A DNA stretch of 64,000 nucleotides from Balanoglossus misakiensis (taxonomy: Eukaryota; Animalia; Hemichordata), in contig CM082584.2 of the NCBI GenBank assembly GCA_040954595.2, forward strand, positions 10,448,190-10,512,189, written 5' to 3'. Every line of letters starts with the position of its first letter. Position 1 is the first letter of the stretch. The notes beneath the pieces were generated by a model. The model ran no database searches, was not told where the DNA came from, and saw only the letters and a list, made by a program, of their open reading frames with translations. Positions 49,801 through 62,137 of the stretch are shown piece after piece. The position numbers and the translations under genes were made by a program.

Positions 49801-52800
49801 GCGACAACGCATCTCCATGTGCCAATCAAAGCTAGTTTGACCTCTTACCTACTGGACAAGAAACATACTCTGCAGGTGTATATGCAGGAGGAAACCAAAC
49901 GTGAAATCTTCACATTCAAGTAAGTTTTTATTCATGGACATATTTTTGTGTCAACAGTTCAGATGTGAAATCTTAAAGTAATGTCTGGTTTACAGAGGCT
50001 CATTATACATGGCATCCTGCATAGAAGAGTCTGGAAAATGTGTTCAGTTTAGGTTTTGGGGTGTTTAAAGACTTGATCATTTCTTTACAGCCACAGTCTG
50101 TACACCTTCAAGGTGAGATCCGACGAACCCAGGGAGAATTTTACAAAGATGTCCGGTCACATGTTTGACACGGATGAAAAGGTGAGAACTTCAGTGAATG
50201 TGTTATCCAAAACAGGGCCATTTTAAAGTTGCAATTGTAACATTGATATTTTCTTGAAACCATGGATTTACCAATAGTGAAAATAGTTCTCAGATTATCA
50301 AATATTGATGCATAACAAGTTCTCCGTTTTTGTCATTGACATACTACAGCAGGATGTTGTTTTCTTTCACAAGCTTTTACTCAACATTGCTGCTTTGGTT
50401 GAAAAACTTCTCATGTTCTCTATTTCTGAATGCCAATCATGTTTTCTGTCACAGAATACCACCTGTTTGACCCTGATGAAGAACAGTTTGTCTTTCTGTG
50501 CTGACTACGATATTTTTCCTCGGAAGACCGGATACAATGCCTTCTATCCATTCACTGGGCCATCCTATTTTAATATGTACAGTCTGAAAGGATATGATAT
50601 GCCTCGGCGACTAGAGTTTGTGCTTGACCTGGGCAGGCTGAACACCAACCCACATGTAAAGGTAAATACTGTAAAAAGCTTGGATATTTGTACTGCAGGA
50701 GGTGCTGTTTCAGATGTGACTCCACCAAATAGTCTTGGTTATGGTTATAAAATAATTTCTGCTATGACAATGTGCTGTTTTTTTTCTGGAAAATTTTTCT
50801 TACCCAAGTTTCCCTCTTTACTAACAGTTTTGTCACAATATCATGTTGCCCTGTCATATCTTCGCAAATATTTTGTTATGTCATTTCTTGTCATGAATAG
50901 TGAAATATTGAACTTTTCAGGAGTATGAAGTCAAGATGACAACTGTTGAATCTCCCAAGGAAGCAACGTACACTTGGAAACTTCTGATAGACACCAATCC
51001 GGAAGACTGCAAGATTGAACTGCAGGCACTTAATTCCCAAGATCCTGAATTTGAGAGCAAGATGACCCTGAAAATGACTGAGTTTATGGAGGTAGGTCGC
51101 ATGACATCCACATTGTAAGATAACAGAGTTGTACTTTGAAGCAGTAGTCCAAAATTGAAATGAGCAAAAAGTGTACCAGTCATGTAACAGTCTCATGATT
51201 GTTCCTCTGTTTCAGGAGCTGGTGTTTGATTGGAATTTTGGTAAGCCGAAATTTGTTGTCCAAGCCCTCTCCAGTAGTGAAGAACTTACGAGTGATCGTG
51301 AATATCGTATGGTAGCAACTGTCAGCGTGGCCGGAAGAGATCGCAACAAACTACACGTTAAGACGGTCTACACCGAACTCCCGGAGACTGTTAAAACAGT
51401 AAGTTGCTCTGAAGATTGCCCAATTCTGAAGATGATGATATATATGTACACTGGTATATTGCATTTTCGCTCAGTTTATGGCCATCTGGTTTTGACACCC
51501 GTAGATTTTCAAGAAGCTGGAGATGATGTTGCCCAAATACCTGTACCGGATGCCGTACTCTGTGACTGTGGAACCCAAGCTGAACGCAGAGTCGCACACC
51601 GTTGAGATGACGACAAGTCTCACTGGATCGGACAACATCAAGATGGTGTTGAAGACACCTCTGCAGGAAATCACCGTTAGCAACGTCAGTCTACCGGTGT
51701 CGATGAAAACGCTGTTGTTGTACTATGAGTACATCCCTGGTAATAGTGACGACATCAAGGCTTCTGTTGTCAGGGAACTGGTTTTGCGTAAGTACAGAAG
51801 TTGTTTCTGCATTTGTATGTGAAAATGAAACTTATCTTGGCCTGGCTTGTTTTTTCATAACAAAGAGATTCAAGAACCTCAGTAAATAGACTTGAAAATT
51901 AAGGTGATACAGCCATGCTTTTCTCATATTCATATAGTCAAGAATTGTCGTACCAATGATTCCTACATCTACTTAGGTTTTAATGCCTAAACTATATCAT
52001 CTTTGTTGATACAGCAACCTGCACGTTATACAGCAATGGCACCTTCAAGACCTTTGACGATGTGGCAGTTGAATACGAGATGCCGGGTAGCTGTCTGCAC
52101 GTCTTGCTGCAAGACTGCTCTCCTCACCAACGCTTTGTTGTTCTGGTGCAGATAAAGTCTGTTGCATCACCACTGACTTGGGATGGTGTCGAGAGAAGAC
52201 TCAAGGTCATTGCCTATGTGGACGAGAACAAAGTGGAGATGTACGCCACAACCTGGAACAACCTGGAAGTCAAGGTCAGTCAGAACCTGTAAAGAGGGAA
52301 CTTGGGGTGAAATACCAAAATAGTCACCCAAAGAGGCCATGTATATTGATTCCAAAAAATTCCAAAAGAATGACCACAAATTGTCACCATCTGTCCACAA
52401 GATGTGGTCTTGTCTTGTTCAGGAGATGATTTTGCTCTGTATTTATCTTGTCATAGTGTACTCGCATTCACAATAAGCCTGGTTTTCGTCCAATGAACAG
52501 GTGAATGGCCATATCCTTGATTTGCATCACAATAGTGGAGTTGCAATTATTCCTAATTTGGGCAAAATCGTGGGCACCGACAAAGAAGTGAGCATTTCTA
52601 CAGACGTAGGTTTGGATATCTACTTCAGTCAAGGCTATGTTCAAACTCAAGTTAGTGGATGGTACTTCAACAGATTATGTGGTAAGCATATTTGGCTTGT
52701 ACTCTTTACCTTTAGATAAGCAGTCTGTATGGAAGGACATTCTCATGTGGCACAGGACACATGGCCCAGCCTGTTAAACGGCACAAAAGTTACAATTTTT

Positions 52801-53802
52801 GTTCATACAAAATTAAAGCATGATTTGAATTACTTGGCTAGCAGTCCATTACTTCGGTAATTAACCAAGTCTCGAAAGATCTTGCTATTAGCAAAAAATC
52901 ATGTATTGCTGTTGACAATAAATTCCATCTCTCAGGTCTTTGTGGCGATTACGACGGAGAAACTTTCCGCGACTTGACAACCCCGACAGGGAAAGTCGCC
53001 GCTGATCGGAATGTCTTTGGACTCAGCTGGTTAGTGGAAGGTGACGGCTGTGGAGATGAGGACTGCAAACTGCAGAAGATCAGGGCACACCATTTGGAAG
53101 AAAGCGTGCTCATAGATGGAAATTTGATGACCTGCGTCAGCGTGGATCCTGTGTTCATGTGCCATCCGCGGTGCAGGCCACAACTACACGCCAAAGTCAC
53201 TCACACTGAGGTAAGTGGTTCCACCTGGTGATATTCGCCTTGTAGACCAAAACTATAGTTCAGAACTGCTGCAGAATGGGCTACATTTAATTGATACTGT
53301 CATCAACCCAGATCTTAACAGATTTTGTTCAAATGGTGTTTTTTGACAAAATGGCTGGGCTGGCTGCTGGTAGCCATAGAGCAGTCAGTACCATTTTACC
53401 AACAGCCACCGGTCAATCAGGCAACTTACTAGTATACTATAATGTATTTGATATATTCTTGATTAATTTTTTAACCAACTGACTCGATATTTTTGTAAGA
53501 CTTTGGTTAGGTGTTAACAAAACCTTTGTTAGGTTTTCAATAGGATGTGGGCAGGATGTTAGATCATTGCAGTGTGTGATATATTCAGCTCGACTCATTT
53601 TATCCATCCAATGTTCTTTCTCAAGGTTGGCTTTCACTGTCTCCAGTTCAAGGACAAAGAAACAGTCGACCTGGACAAAGTGGATCTCTCTGAGGAGACC
53701 ATAGACATGAAGAAAGACATTGGCACTCCGCATGAATGTAGTTGTGAGCCATCGTGCGTGAGAAATGCTGATGGACATGATCAACGCAGACACCATTTGT
53801 AG
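40876..53802 (+). CDS. Vitellogenin-like large lipid transfer protein (signal peptide, LPD_N/Vitellogenin_N, DUF1943-like, vWF-D), ~1578 aa
   Basis: 28 exons: 40876-40915, 41447-41482, 42563-42717, 42810-42947, 43274-43399, 43525-43704, 44234-44379, 44691-44826, 46020-46180, 46341-46506, 46768-47001, 47098-47319, 47450-47667, 47912-48015, 48132-48256, 48493-48654, 49013-49205, 49415-49592, 49731-49919, 50091-50181, 50455-50661, 50921-51091, 51216-51398, 51505-51787, 52015-52274, 52501-52681, 52936-53210, 53626-53802 (4737 nt, in frame). Motifs: YRIGKVYSYFYEG, EPEWILNIKKGVLSLL, ETGVVGECETLY, KSMGNSG, ELRIAAY, KQVGSFVYSHL, LPRS, GVRVEGL, TILGLPL, and vWD KTFD...GLCGDYDGE. Confidence 0.92.
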
Positions 53803-54197
53803 AAAACAAAGTTTTAAAAAATGTGTTCTTATGTTTATTTTTTGTACCAGATATTTAGTTAACTTAATGCTGATAGGAAGTTGCAAAAGTGAAGTAGAAT
53901 CGAGTGATTTCTTGGAGAAATGCTGATAGGACAATATGTCGACAAATAAGGCAAGTGATTTACTCATGGTTACTGATTCGTTACATATAGTCAAACATTA
54001 ACTGATCTGATTGGGTGCAAGTAATAAAGTACATCCAATGCCTGAATAAAGCCCAAAACTTCATTGAAAGATCCGCCAACTTAGAGCTGTTATTGCAAAC
54101 AGCAACTGTTAAAAAACGAGATAACTGGCATGGCGGCAGCTGTACAGAAACAAAGCGTTGCTAATGGAAACAAATACAGTTATGCGAGCTATCCACA

Positions 54198-57100
54198 TCA
54201 TATAACATTCGCATCGACAGCGATGTTGCGCTTTTCCGCGGCGCGTTCGCGTTTCCGCGGCATGGCCTCGACCAGAGTTGCCCAGAAGTCCTCCTTCTGT
54301 CCGAGGCTGGCCGATTCACCGGGCCACTTTAGGTACGTGATCACCTTCAGCAGGCTCTTCAGCGACGGGTCGACGTCATCCAGTTTAGTGATGTCCTCTT
54401 CGAACATGATGGGGATGATCTTGGTGCCTACTCTCAGCATCTCCGCCTGGGCCTTCTCGTATTCAAACCGGCACCACTCGCTCTCCACAAACGGCCGACT
54501 CAGGACAAGAATGGTTCGGCTGCTGCTCTGGATCGCCTCCAGGATATTGTCTGTGATGGCTAGAGGCAGAAAAAACAATTTCGCACCGGTTACTAATACA
54601 AAGATCACACATAACATTTAGGCCAACATGATCAATCGTGCGCATATAAAATGCTGTTTGTCCTGTGTGGTGTCCTCCCATATAAACAGCATAGCCACGC
54701 GAGATCTCGCTGGCTCTTGTGGAGTTCGGAAAATGGTCTATCTGATTGTCACGAGCACGAAGTGCACTTACCGGCTCCCGGAGGGAAGTCTCTGCTGTGT
54801 ATGCACAGCTTATAGCCGTGGTCCTGTTCGAGACGAGGTAAAATGGCCCTTATCACGAACGATTCTTCAGGTGACGTGTTCCCAGACATTCCGCTGTAGT
54901 AACAGACAAAAGCGTCGTACTTCCACTCCTCTGTAAAGACACGGGTCAAAAGTTCAACAATCACCCTATGCCTGTTGAATGAGGCGTGTATACAGTAGCA
55001 TCCGATCCCTAAGATACAGTTACGGGCAACTAAGTTAGAAAAAGGGGGCTATTGTCTGCCCCTGTAGAAATGCCCCGGGCACTGTCCTCGCCCATTTCAA
55101 AGGGTCTGCACCAGTTCACAGTAAATCTTCCGTGTCCACTTGCCTCTGCCCAGCATTAATTAGCAGGACAGTAGTCACACCAATGCCCCTTCCCTGGCCC
55201 ATAGTTCCATATTCAGGCTGTAATCTATAACTTTCACTGTCCGCCCAATGATGAATCTGAAAAAGGCACCATATATTCCTACAAACTTACCATCATCTAT
55301 TGATGTGCAGGTCCAGCAGAGACGGTGTTTCAGTACTCGAATTTCTCTTCTGTATTTGTAAGTCGTCAAAATGAGAAGGATGACCAGGGCTGCGACCACG
55401 ATGAGTGTCGATAGTATGATCTTGAGTGACCTTCCTGCGTTGTCTAGAAATGGAAACAGATTTTATGAACTGTGAAATTTGACTGAACATTAGTCTTTCT
55501 AAGGCAAAATAAGACATATTTGGGGGAAGAAGATTTGCATGAAGTTTCACTCACCAGGCCTGACGTGCAAAGTAACCGAGTCTTTGCCAGTCCCAAGTTG
55601 ATTGTGCGCCTCGCAAGAGATCTCAGCGTCGTTCAGATCAAGTCCCACTTTGCGCAGAGTAAAACGGAACATCTGGTCGTCTTCTTTGTGTTGGAATTTC
55701 CCGTTCTTTTTCCAAACAACATCATACAGATGACTGGGATTTGCATCCACCTCACAAGTCAGGTGGATGTTTTTGCCTTCCTTGGCACGAAGAGGGCTTG
55801 CAGTCAAACGCACGACCGGCTTGTCTAGTGTACATGTGTTTTAAAAAGAGATACAGAATGCCAGACTTGTGTAACGAATATCTCTTCAAATTTATAAGCA
55901 TACTTTGCAATAGTGTGAATCAAGACCTTAAAGAGCGAGGCTTCTATCGTGATCATTATCTTATTGAAAGAAAAGTAAATTTAAGGTTACTGTAAATAAT
56001 TTCATAGATTGCTTACATAATATATTGTTCAGTTGGATGTAGTCACTACTGACGTGCCCCAGCGCATCGCTTCTTGCCTGACACGTCAAATTGGAACCCC
56101 TGTTGTTGTAGGTCGGGGTGATGGTCACCCGGCTCTTGGTGTGGAACAAGCCGCGCCTGGCGCTTGATGCTATCACCGTATCGATGTTTTCTCGGATCTG
56201 TTCGTCGTCCATGTACCATCGAAGGTCAGCCGGGGGGTTGGCGTCCCGGGCTTCGCAGTTTACGTTGACTGGAGTGCCCTCTTTAATGGTCCAATCGTCG
56301 GAACTGTCGGCGATGCGTACCTCACTCGGCGATTCTGTGGTAACACATTTTTTTTTACATTATATGTAAGGATGTCTGTGGTCTCAGTACAGTATTGAGT
56401 TTCAAAATGAATCGGAGTAGCCTAACTCCAAGCCTGGACGATTTTTAGCTAACCCCGATGATTGTGAATTGAACTCATCGAAACAGTCAAAAAGACAACG
56501 TCACTTACCAATTACTCTTAATTGAGCAACTTCACTGCGCACACTGCCTTGAAACTCTGTCGCACCAACTTCACAGTGGTACATGCCTTCGTCTTCTATC
56601 TGCGCTCGTGAAATACGCAAATCATAGTCTTCAACCAGGCTGTATCGGCCGTTTGAAAGTTGAGAGGTTGTCGCCGGGTAACTGGTATTGGACAGGGATA
56701 TCAGAACGACGTTCTTCTTAAACCACGTGAGAGGGCCAACTCGATCTGTGACACCACATCTAAAGATGACGTCGCTCCCGTAACGGGTGACCGTACTTTG
56801 TGGCGAAACGGCAATTTTCTGTCTCCCTGTGAAGAGGAAGCGGGGAAAAGATTGAACGGTTTGGACACCTGACTAAGTTAGTAAGGTCGTTCACAAATTT
56901 CGACGCATAATTACCTCTCGAGATGATGGTGACGCTTCTGGCTCGATAGGTACCAACATCGTCAACAACCGAACACGTGTAGATGCCACCTTCGTGCACC
57001 GAAACCGCATCATCTGTATATGTCAGCGACGACCTATCAAGATTCAAGAAGAGCAGAAATGATTGTCCCTCGTCGTACGGGTGGCCTGCCAAACGACGAC

Positions 57101-59492
57101 GCTGTCCAAGTTTGTGTATATGGGACAGGGTAGTGGCCAGCGTCTAATCGGGACTAATATGGGGGACAAAACTATCACCAGTCATCAAAAGGATCTCCGT
57201 TGCCAGATTGATGATCACGTTCCCATCAAAGAAGGATCTGGTACCTCCACCCATAATTGCTGCAATAACGTTTCTCAACTCACCCTTGGTATTGCTGCGG
57301 TTGGTCGATTGTTTGACGCCTGAGAACGACGCCCTCCTTAGACCACTCTATCGTATCCACGGTGACACCATACACATTGCAAGTTAAAGAAAGGGAATCG
57401 TTGACAAATACTGGGTCTGGATGCTGGTGGATTTCGATGGTAGGGGATACTATAATGACAAAGAAATAAGTAAAATTGACATCAGAACATTCTTTGTCCT
57501 CACTGAGAAGCAAGAGCATGAAGTAAGTGGACGCAAGAGTTGTACCAAGTGCAACACGTACAAAGCAAAGAGCCATCCCCAAAAATTTCGCCCACGTTGC
57601 TCATTCCAAACGACAATATGAAAAAGGCACAAGGAAACTAACTCGCCTTCACTACAAGTTTCGCCGCTCCAACCTTTGGCGCACAGGCAGTCGCCATTAA
57701 AAACATGGCAAGTGGCACCATTTTGACACCTGCAGTCACTGTCACATTTCGCGCCGTATTTGCCAACGGGACAACCTAAAATAGAAAGAATGTGAATTTA
57801 TGAACCAGGCTCATTCAAGTTAATGACTGACAAAGAGTCCTTGTTTTTGGTAATTCTAGCCCACTGGCAAGTCATACCAGAGCGACACTGTTTTATCGAG
57901 CTGACGCGATACCCGCGGCGCACATCTTTCCACTGGAGCTTCGACTTAGAACAATCACAATAATTTGCACTTGAAAAAAGTAAAGTACCTTTAGGATACA
58001 TATTAACAGAGGGGGCGTACAACTCGGACGAGATATCGTATCGGTTGTAGTAGGCCGTGCATCTGATCCGGACCACAGGCGTCGCCAAGAAGTAGGGGAA
58101 ATGGAATCGAATGATTCCACCCCCAATGTCATCTTTCCAAGACGCCGGCAATACATGGTTCTCCGGTACTGGCGACAGATCACCGACAACTGGAAAGAAG
58201 GGGACGATTGATAACAACTAACTGAAACTAGGTTGAGGAGGAGGAGAAAGGGGGAGGGGGTTCGATACCCACCGCCACCACTTAGGACCAACCAGGTTCT
58301 TCAAGGGTTGGAGACTCGCGCCATGAGAAATAGTTAAGAAAATGGCGTACGGCAGTATACGTAGTACTCAAACGTGCGGGTATAGATCATCTTTATTTCA
58401 ATATTACCAGCTTGTGAAATGCTGTACCAGATTCACTTGGTATTTCGCAAACTTACACTGATCGGCGAATGTTCCGGGTCGTATTATAAATGTCTGTACT
58501 TCCATCTCGACCTCACTGTACTGGGACACTGAATCCCGGGACTCGTTATCTTCAAATGCATCACTTCCGTGGGCTTTACAAGTGATGTCCAAACCTTGTG
58601 GTTCGATGAAATAAAATGTGACAACATATTTCAACCAGATATACACATCCAAAACGCCTGTAACGTAAGCAGAGGAGGCAAGAAATGAATTTCAGACGAT
58701 GATTCGTGCAAATGAGTGCCCATAATCGCCGTGTCACCTCATCGTAGTGAATGGAATGAATTGAATTATCAGCGACACGCTATGAATTCTCACTTTTTAC
58801 TGAAAAAAAGGAAGACGGGAATTCTTTCATTCTCAAATATCATTGAAAACTTGAAAATGATTTTTTCAACATATTTGGGGACTGCTGTGTTTACACCGCA
58901 AAGTATGGACGAGAAAAAATCCGAGTCAGATCAACGAAGAAACATACAACCGGGAAGTATTAACAACTCTTATTATCGCAGAACGGTCCAAAGCGACTTT
59001 GGATGAATGCCAACTGCAGTGCCGTGCCAACAGAAAGCGAACGCCTGCCACTTACAATTGTCAGACGGAAACAGCGCATGAGCAGTGATATTGGTTGATC
59101 GTGGGTCCAGCTGTTCAGGAGGAATATTCATACTGGACTGCATACTAATCAGAGGGTCACCCTATGTCAAAAAAGAGAAAAGAAAATCACTCATCAGGGT
59201 TCCTAAAAACACTCTGTGGTTCAAATTGCTGAACAAAAGAGACCCACAAACTCATTTTATTCTTTTCATTAAAATTGGTCGAACCATCTGTCCGTGGTCG
59301 AAAAAATAGAAAATAAGTTACAGCCACGATCACGTACGATAGAATTATAATCACCTGTGACAAGTGACTTTCTGGTATCCGACTTTGATCAACGTTGTGC
59401 ATGTCACATGACGCGTCATACCCTGACAGTGAAGTCTGAACGTTCAGCAGACACAAGACCCAGAAAAACACGCCGTCTTTTCTGCGCCACAT
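54198..59492 (-). CDS. Single-pass TIR-domain receptor (IL-1R-like): signal peptide, unassigned N-terminal domain, EGF, 4 Ig, TM, TIR
   Basis: Minus-strand exons: 59492-59355 (MWRRKDGVFFWVLCLLNVQTSLSG...; junction to the next exon unresolved), ~59160/59137-59056, 58657-58457, 58189-57989, 57775-57647 (EGF CPVGKYGAKCDSDCRCQNGATCHVFNGDCLCAKGWSGETC), 57449-57284 plus 57033-56915 (Ig), 56826-56509 (V/I-set Ig, DEGMYHC), 56334-56017 (C2-type Ig, NCEARDANPPADLRW), 55824-55555 (Ig), 55443-55291 (TM IILSTLIVVAALVILLILTTY), 54930-54772 (TIR KYDAFVCY...LCIHSRDFPPG) and 54559-54198 (SSRTILVLSRPFVESEWCRFE...YLKWP...FW, stop). Confidence 0.9.
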
Positions 59493-60472
59493 TGTCTGTG
59501 AAGAGGAAGGATAGTTATTAAAACTTCTCTCCGGGAGGTAGACTCTGGCCCTCGAGCCCAGAATGAACTTGACTAAATGGTGCACATCACCGTTTAAAAA
59601 CTTTTCGAAAGACCTTGACCCAGGGTGACGTACACTAGTGAAAGTAAACCCGCGGCTCGGGTCGGCTTTAAGTTGGCCAATCGTGGTTAAGGTTGCAAGT
59701 AGAACTCAATTGTGATTCTGTTGACTGAAATCGGATCAGCGTTATCCTACACTACCACAGTATACAGCTATATAAAACAGCGCTGTGTCAAGGAAGCGCA
59801 GCAAACATGACTCGGATCAATAAATTGTCTGCGATTTCGCTTCAAGTTGTAGAGTACTACGACTGCTGAATCTGTACACAGCGTTATTTGTCGCGTGACA
59901 TGATCGCCCACGTCAGTAACTCACCTTTGTGACAGTCAATATCATAATCTACTGGTGCACCTTGAAGTTTAAAAAGTCGCACTGTTTTTTAAACCCGTGA
60001 CGTTCCTGGTTTGAACAACGCAATGGTGCCAACGCATGTTTTCATAAACTTTAGTCAGTACAACAGGAAATCTTAGGTCACTTCGTTTTATTAATAGCCC
60101 GCTACTTGTCAATGTCAGATCACAGTTCCTCAGGTTCCTTTCAGAAAAAAAGCTAGATCGTGCCAGTTGTACTCACCCGAAATCAGTATTCTTCTCCGCT
60201 GGTCGAAAGTAGCAATATTTACTGTGAAATCATCGACGAGAACAGCAGGAAACACTGCGCATAGGTGACTTGTAAACAGTGTTTATGGTCCGGGTGAGCT
60301 TAATAGGCGGAAACGCCCGGTGCACAACAGAGAAAGGCCCTGCCCCTTTGTCGTTCGGACGATACAGTTGAACAGAAAGTCTGGCTTTCTCACGTAAACC
60401 AGCCCCCTTTTTTCAATTCTTTAACTTTCTTCGGTGGTCTTACACGAGCTTGAGAAAATATGAATCGCCGTC

Positions 60473-60540
60473 GGAATTTTCCAGACAGGTAATGCGAGAA
60501 AGTAGTTGACAGGAACTTTCCGTGCACGGCACCAGGAAGT
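60473..60540. promoter_or_regulatory. kappaB-like and Ets-like sites between the divergent receptor genes
   Basis: GGAATTTTCC 60473-60482, GGAACTTTCC 60512-60521, CAGGAAGT 60533-60540. Confidence 0.4.
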
Positions 60541-62137
60541 CAACAAGTAGAAATAGCGCAATACGTCATGAACTGGTGTGGCCTTCACCTAAGATATACC
60601 TTTCACCTAGGGACTGTCGGTATCAACATAGTTGTCATGGCTGTATTTAATTTTCAGGCAAACCGACACATGGTTCGATATCAGCTACCCCTTAGCAAAT
60701 AACGAAGTTGTAGCTTTTGACGTATCAGGTAAATTTACTTACTCTCGGGGGCGGAAGAAAACTGCCGCAGTAATTTTGGCCACCTGCTGTTTAAGTTATT
60801 CACATCGACGACCCCTGTGTGTTGTGTTGAGGCCGGGTCGCGTCAGTAACTAGAACGGCAGGGGTGGAGATTAAAAGTGGCTGTGTTCACCACCACAGGT
60901 CGATGCGATTTGTGCGAGTTGTATCTGCGAAATTCAGCTGTCGAATATATGTGAAGAGAACCAACGACAACCTCGACGTATTGGGACACGAATCTTGGGG
61001 AGAGTAGGTATGTAACACATTCTTTTCAGGAGTATGACAGTAAATATGATTTTCCCTTTGATTTTTGGTGTCCTCATTAACATTGAGCTTCGAAACAGTG
61101 ACGCCTGTCGAGATTTTGTCTTTTATTCTGAAATATTTCTTGTCGTTTGTGCTATTTTAAACACAGTCGTGTTGGTCGACATTTTAAAAGTTAACGTCAT
61201 ACACTGAGTAAACAGTGAAGTGAGTCTGCGCGTGTTCTTCGAGTTTGCAAATTGCCAAAACACTTCACGCGACTGTTCCCAAGGAAACCGGAGGTTTATA
61301 AAACGCCAGATGTTCTTTTCTAAACTGGGTCTACCATTTTCAAGTTTACTCTACACTTTATTTAGAAAATGTTTTATGTACAATTTTATTCCAAATCTCC
61401 ACTTTACTCAGCTATACATGTACCAATAACTGGTTACTTGTATCATTGGCTCAGTCTGTTTATCTTGCAAGGGAACGCCACTCATCCGATATCCTGGTCA
61501 TGTCCGGCATTGAGACCCTCTCCCTCGAAGCTCTATTGTCCGGCTTTATGCCCACATGAATTACTTCTTTGTATCGTGAGCTGAAAAGTACCCTATCGCT
61601 TTCCCTTCAGGCCTGGCCTGACCTGCTTCTGAATTTCATGGGTCATTGAGGTCACGGAAGTCCGGCAAAATATATTTACGGTGCGGCTTTATATACCCGC
61701 CTCTACCGTCGTATATTATTTCTTTTCACTCATCTGGAACTTACAGCCGACGCCCAAGAAGAAAGCCATATATTAATAACTTTGTGTAACTGCGCTTGAT
61801 TATTCTACAGAATTATGCTTCACCCATCAGGAAATAGTTGTTTTTTTTTCTCAATAATTTTGTCCTTTTCGCAATTTTGTCTAATACCCAAATTGTCCCT
61901 TTAAAATATTAAGGCGGACAATGGTTACAAACGGCACCGAAGAGTGCTCAACGTATACCTTAGCTTGACATTTTCATAGATAAGTTGACTTGAATTATAT
62001 TAAATTTCGACTTCCGTGAATGCAGTACGCAAATAAAATAGCAACGATAAAGTACGGTCAATATTCGTGGCGTTTACTATAATTTTCAAAAAGAGTAATT
62101 CTTATTTCCTTGATTCTTAACAGCTACAGATTAAAAC

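Noticed and set aside
57034-57143. Apparent frameshift in an Ig exon of the TIR receptor
   Set aside because: Resolved by the phase-2 acceptor at 57035/57034 with a good pyrimidine tract; the upstream part is intron.
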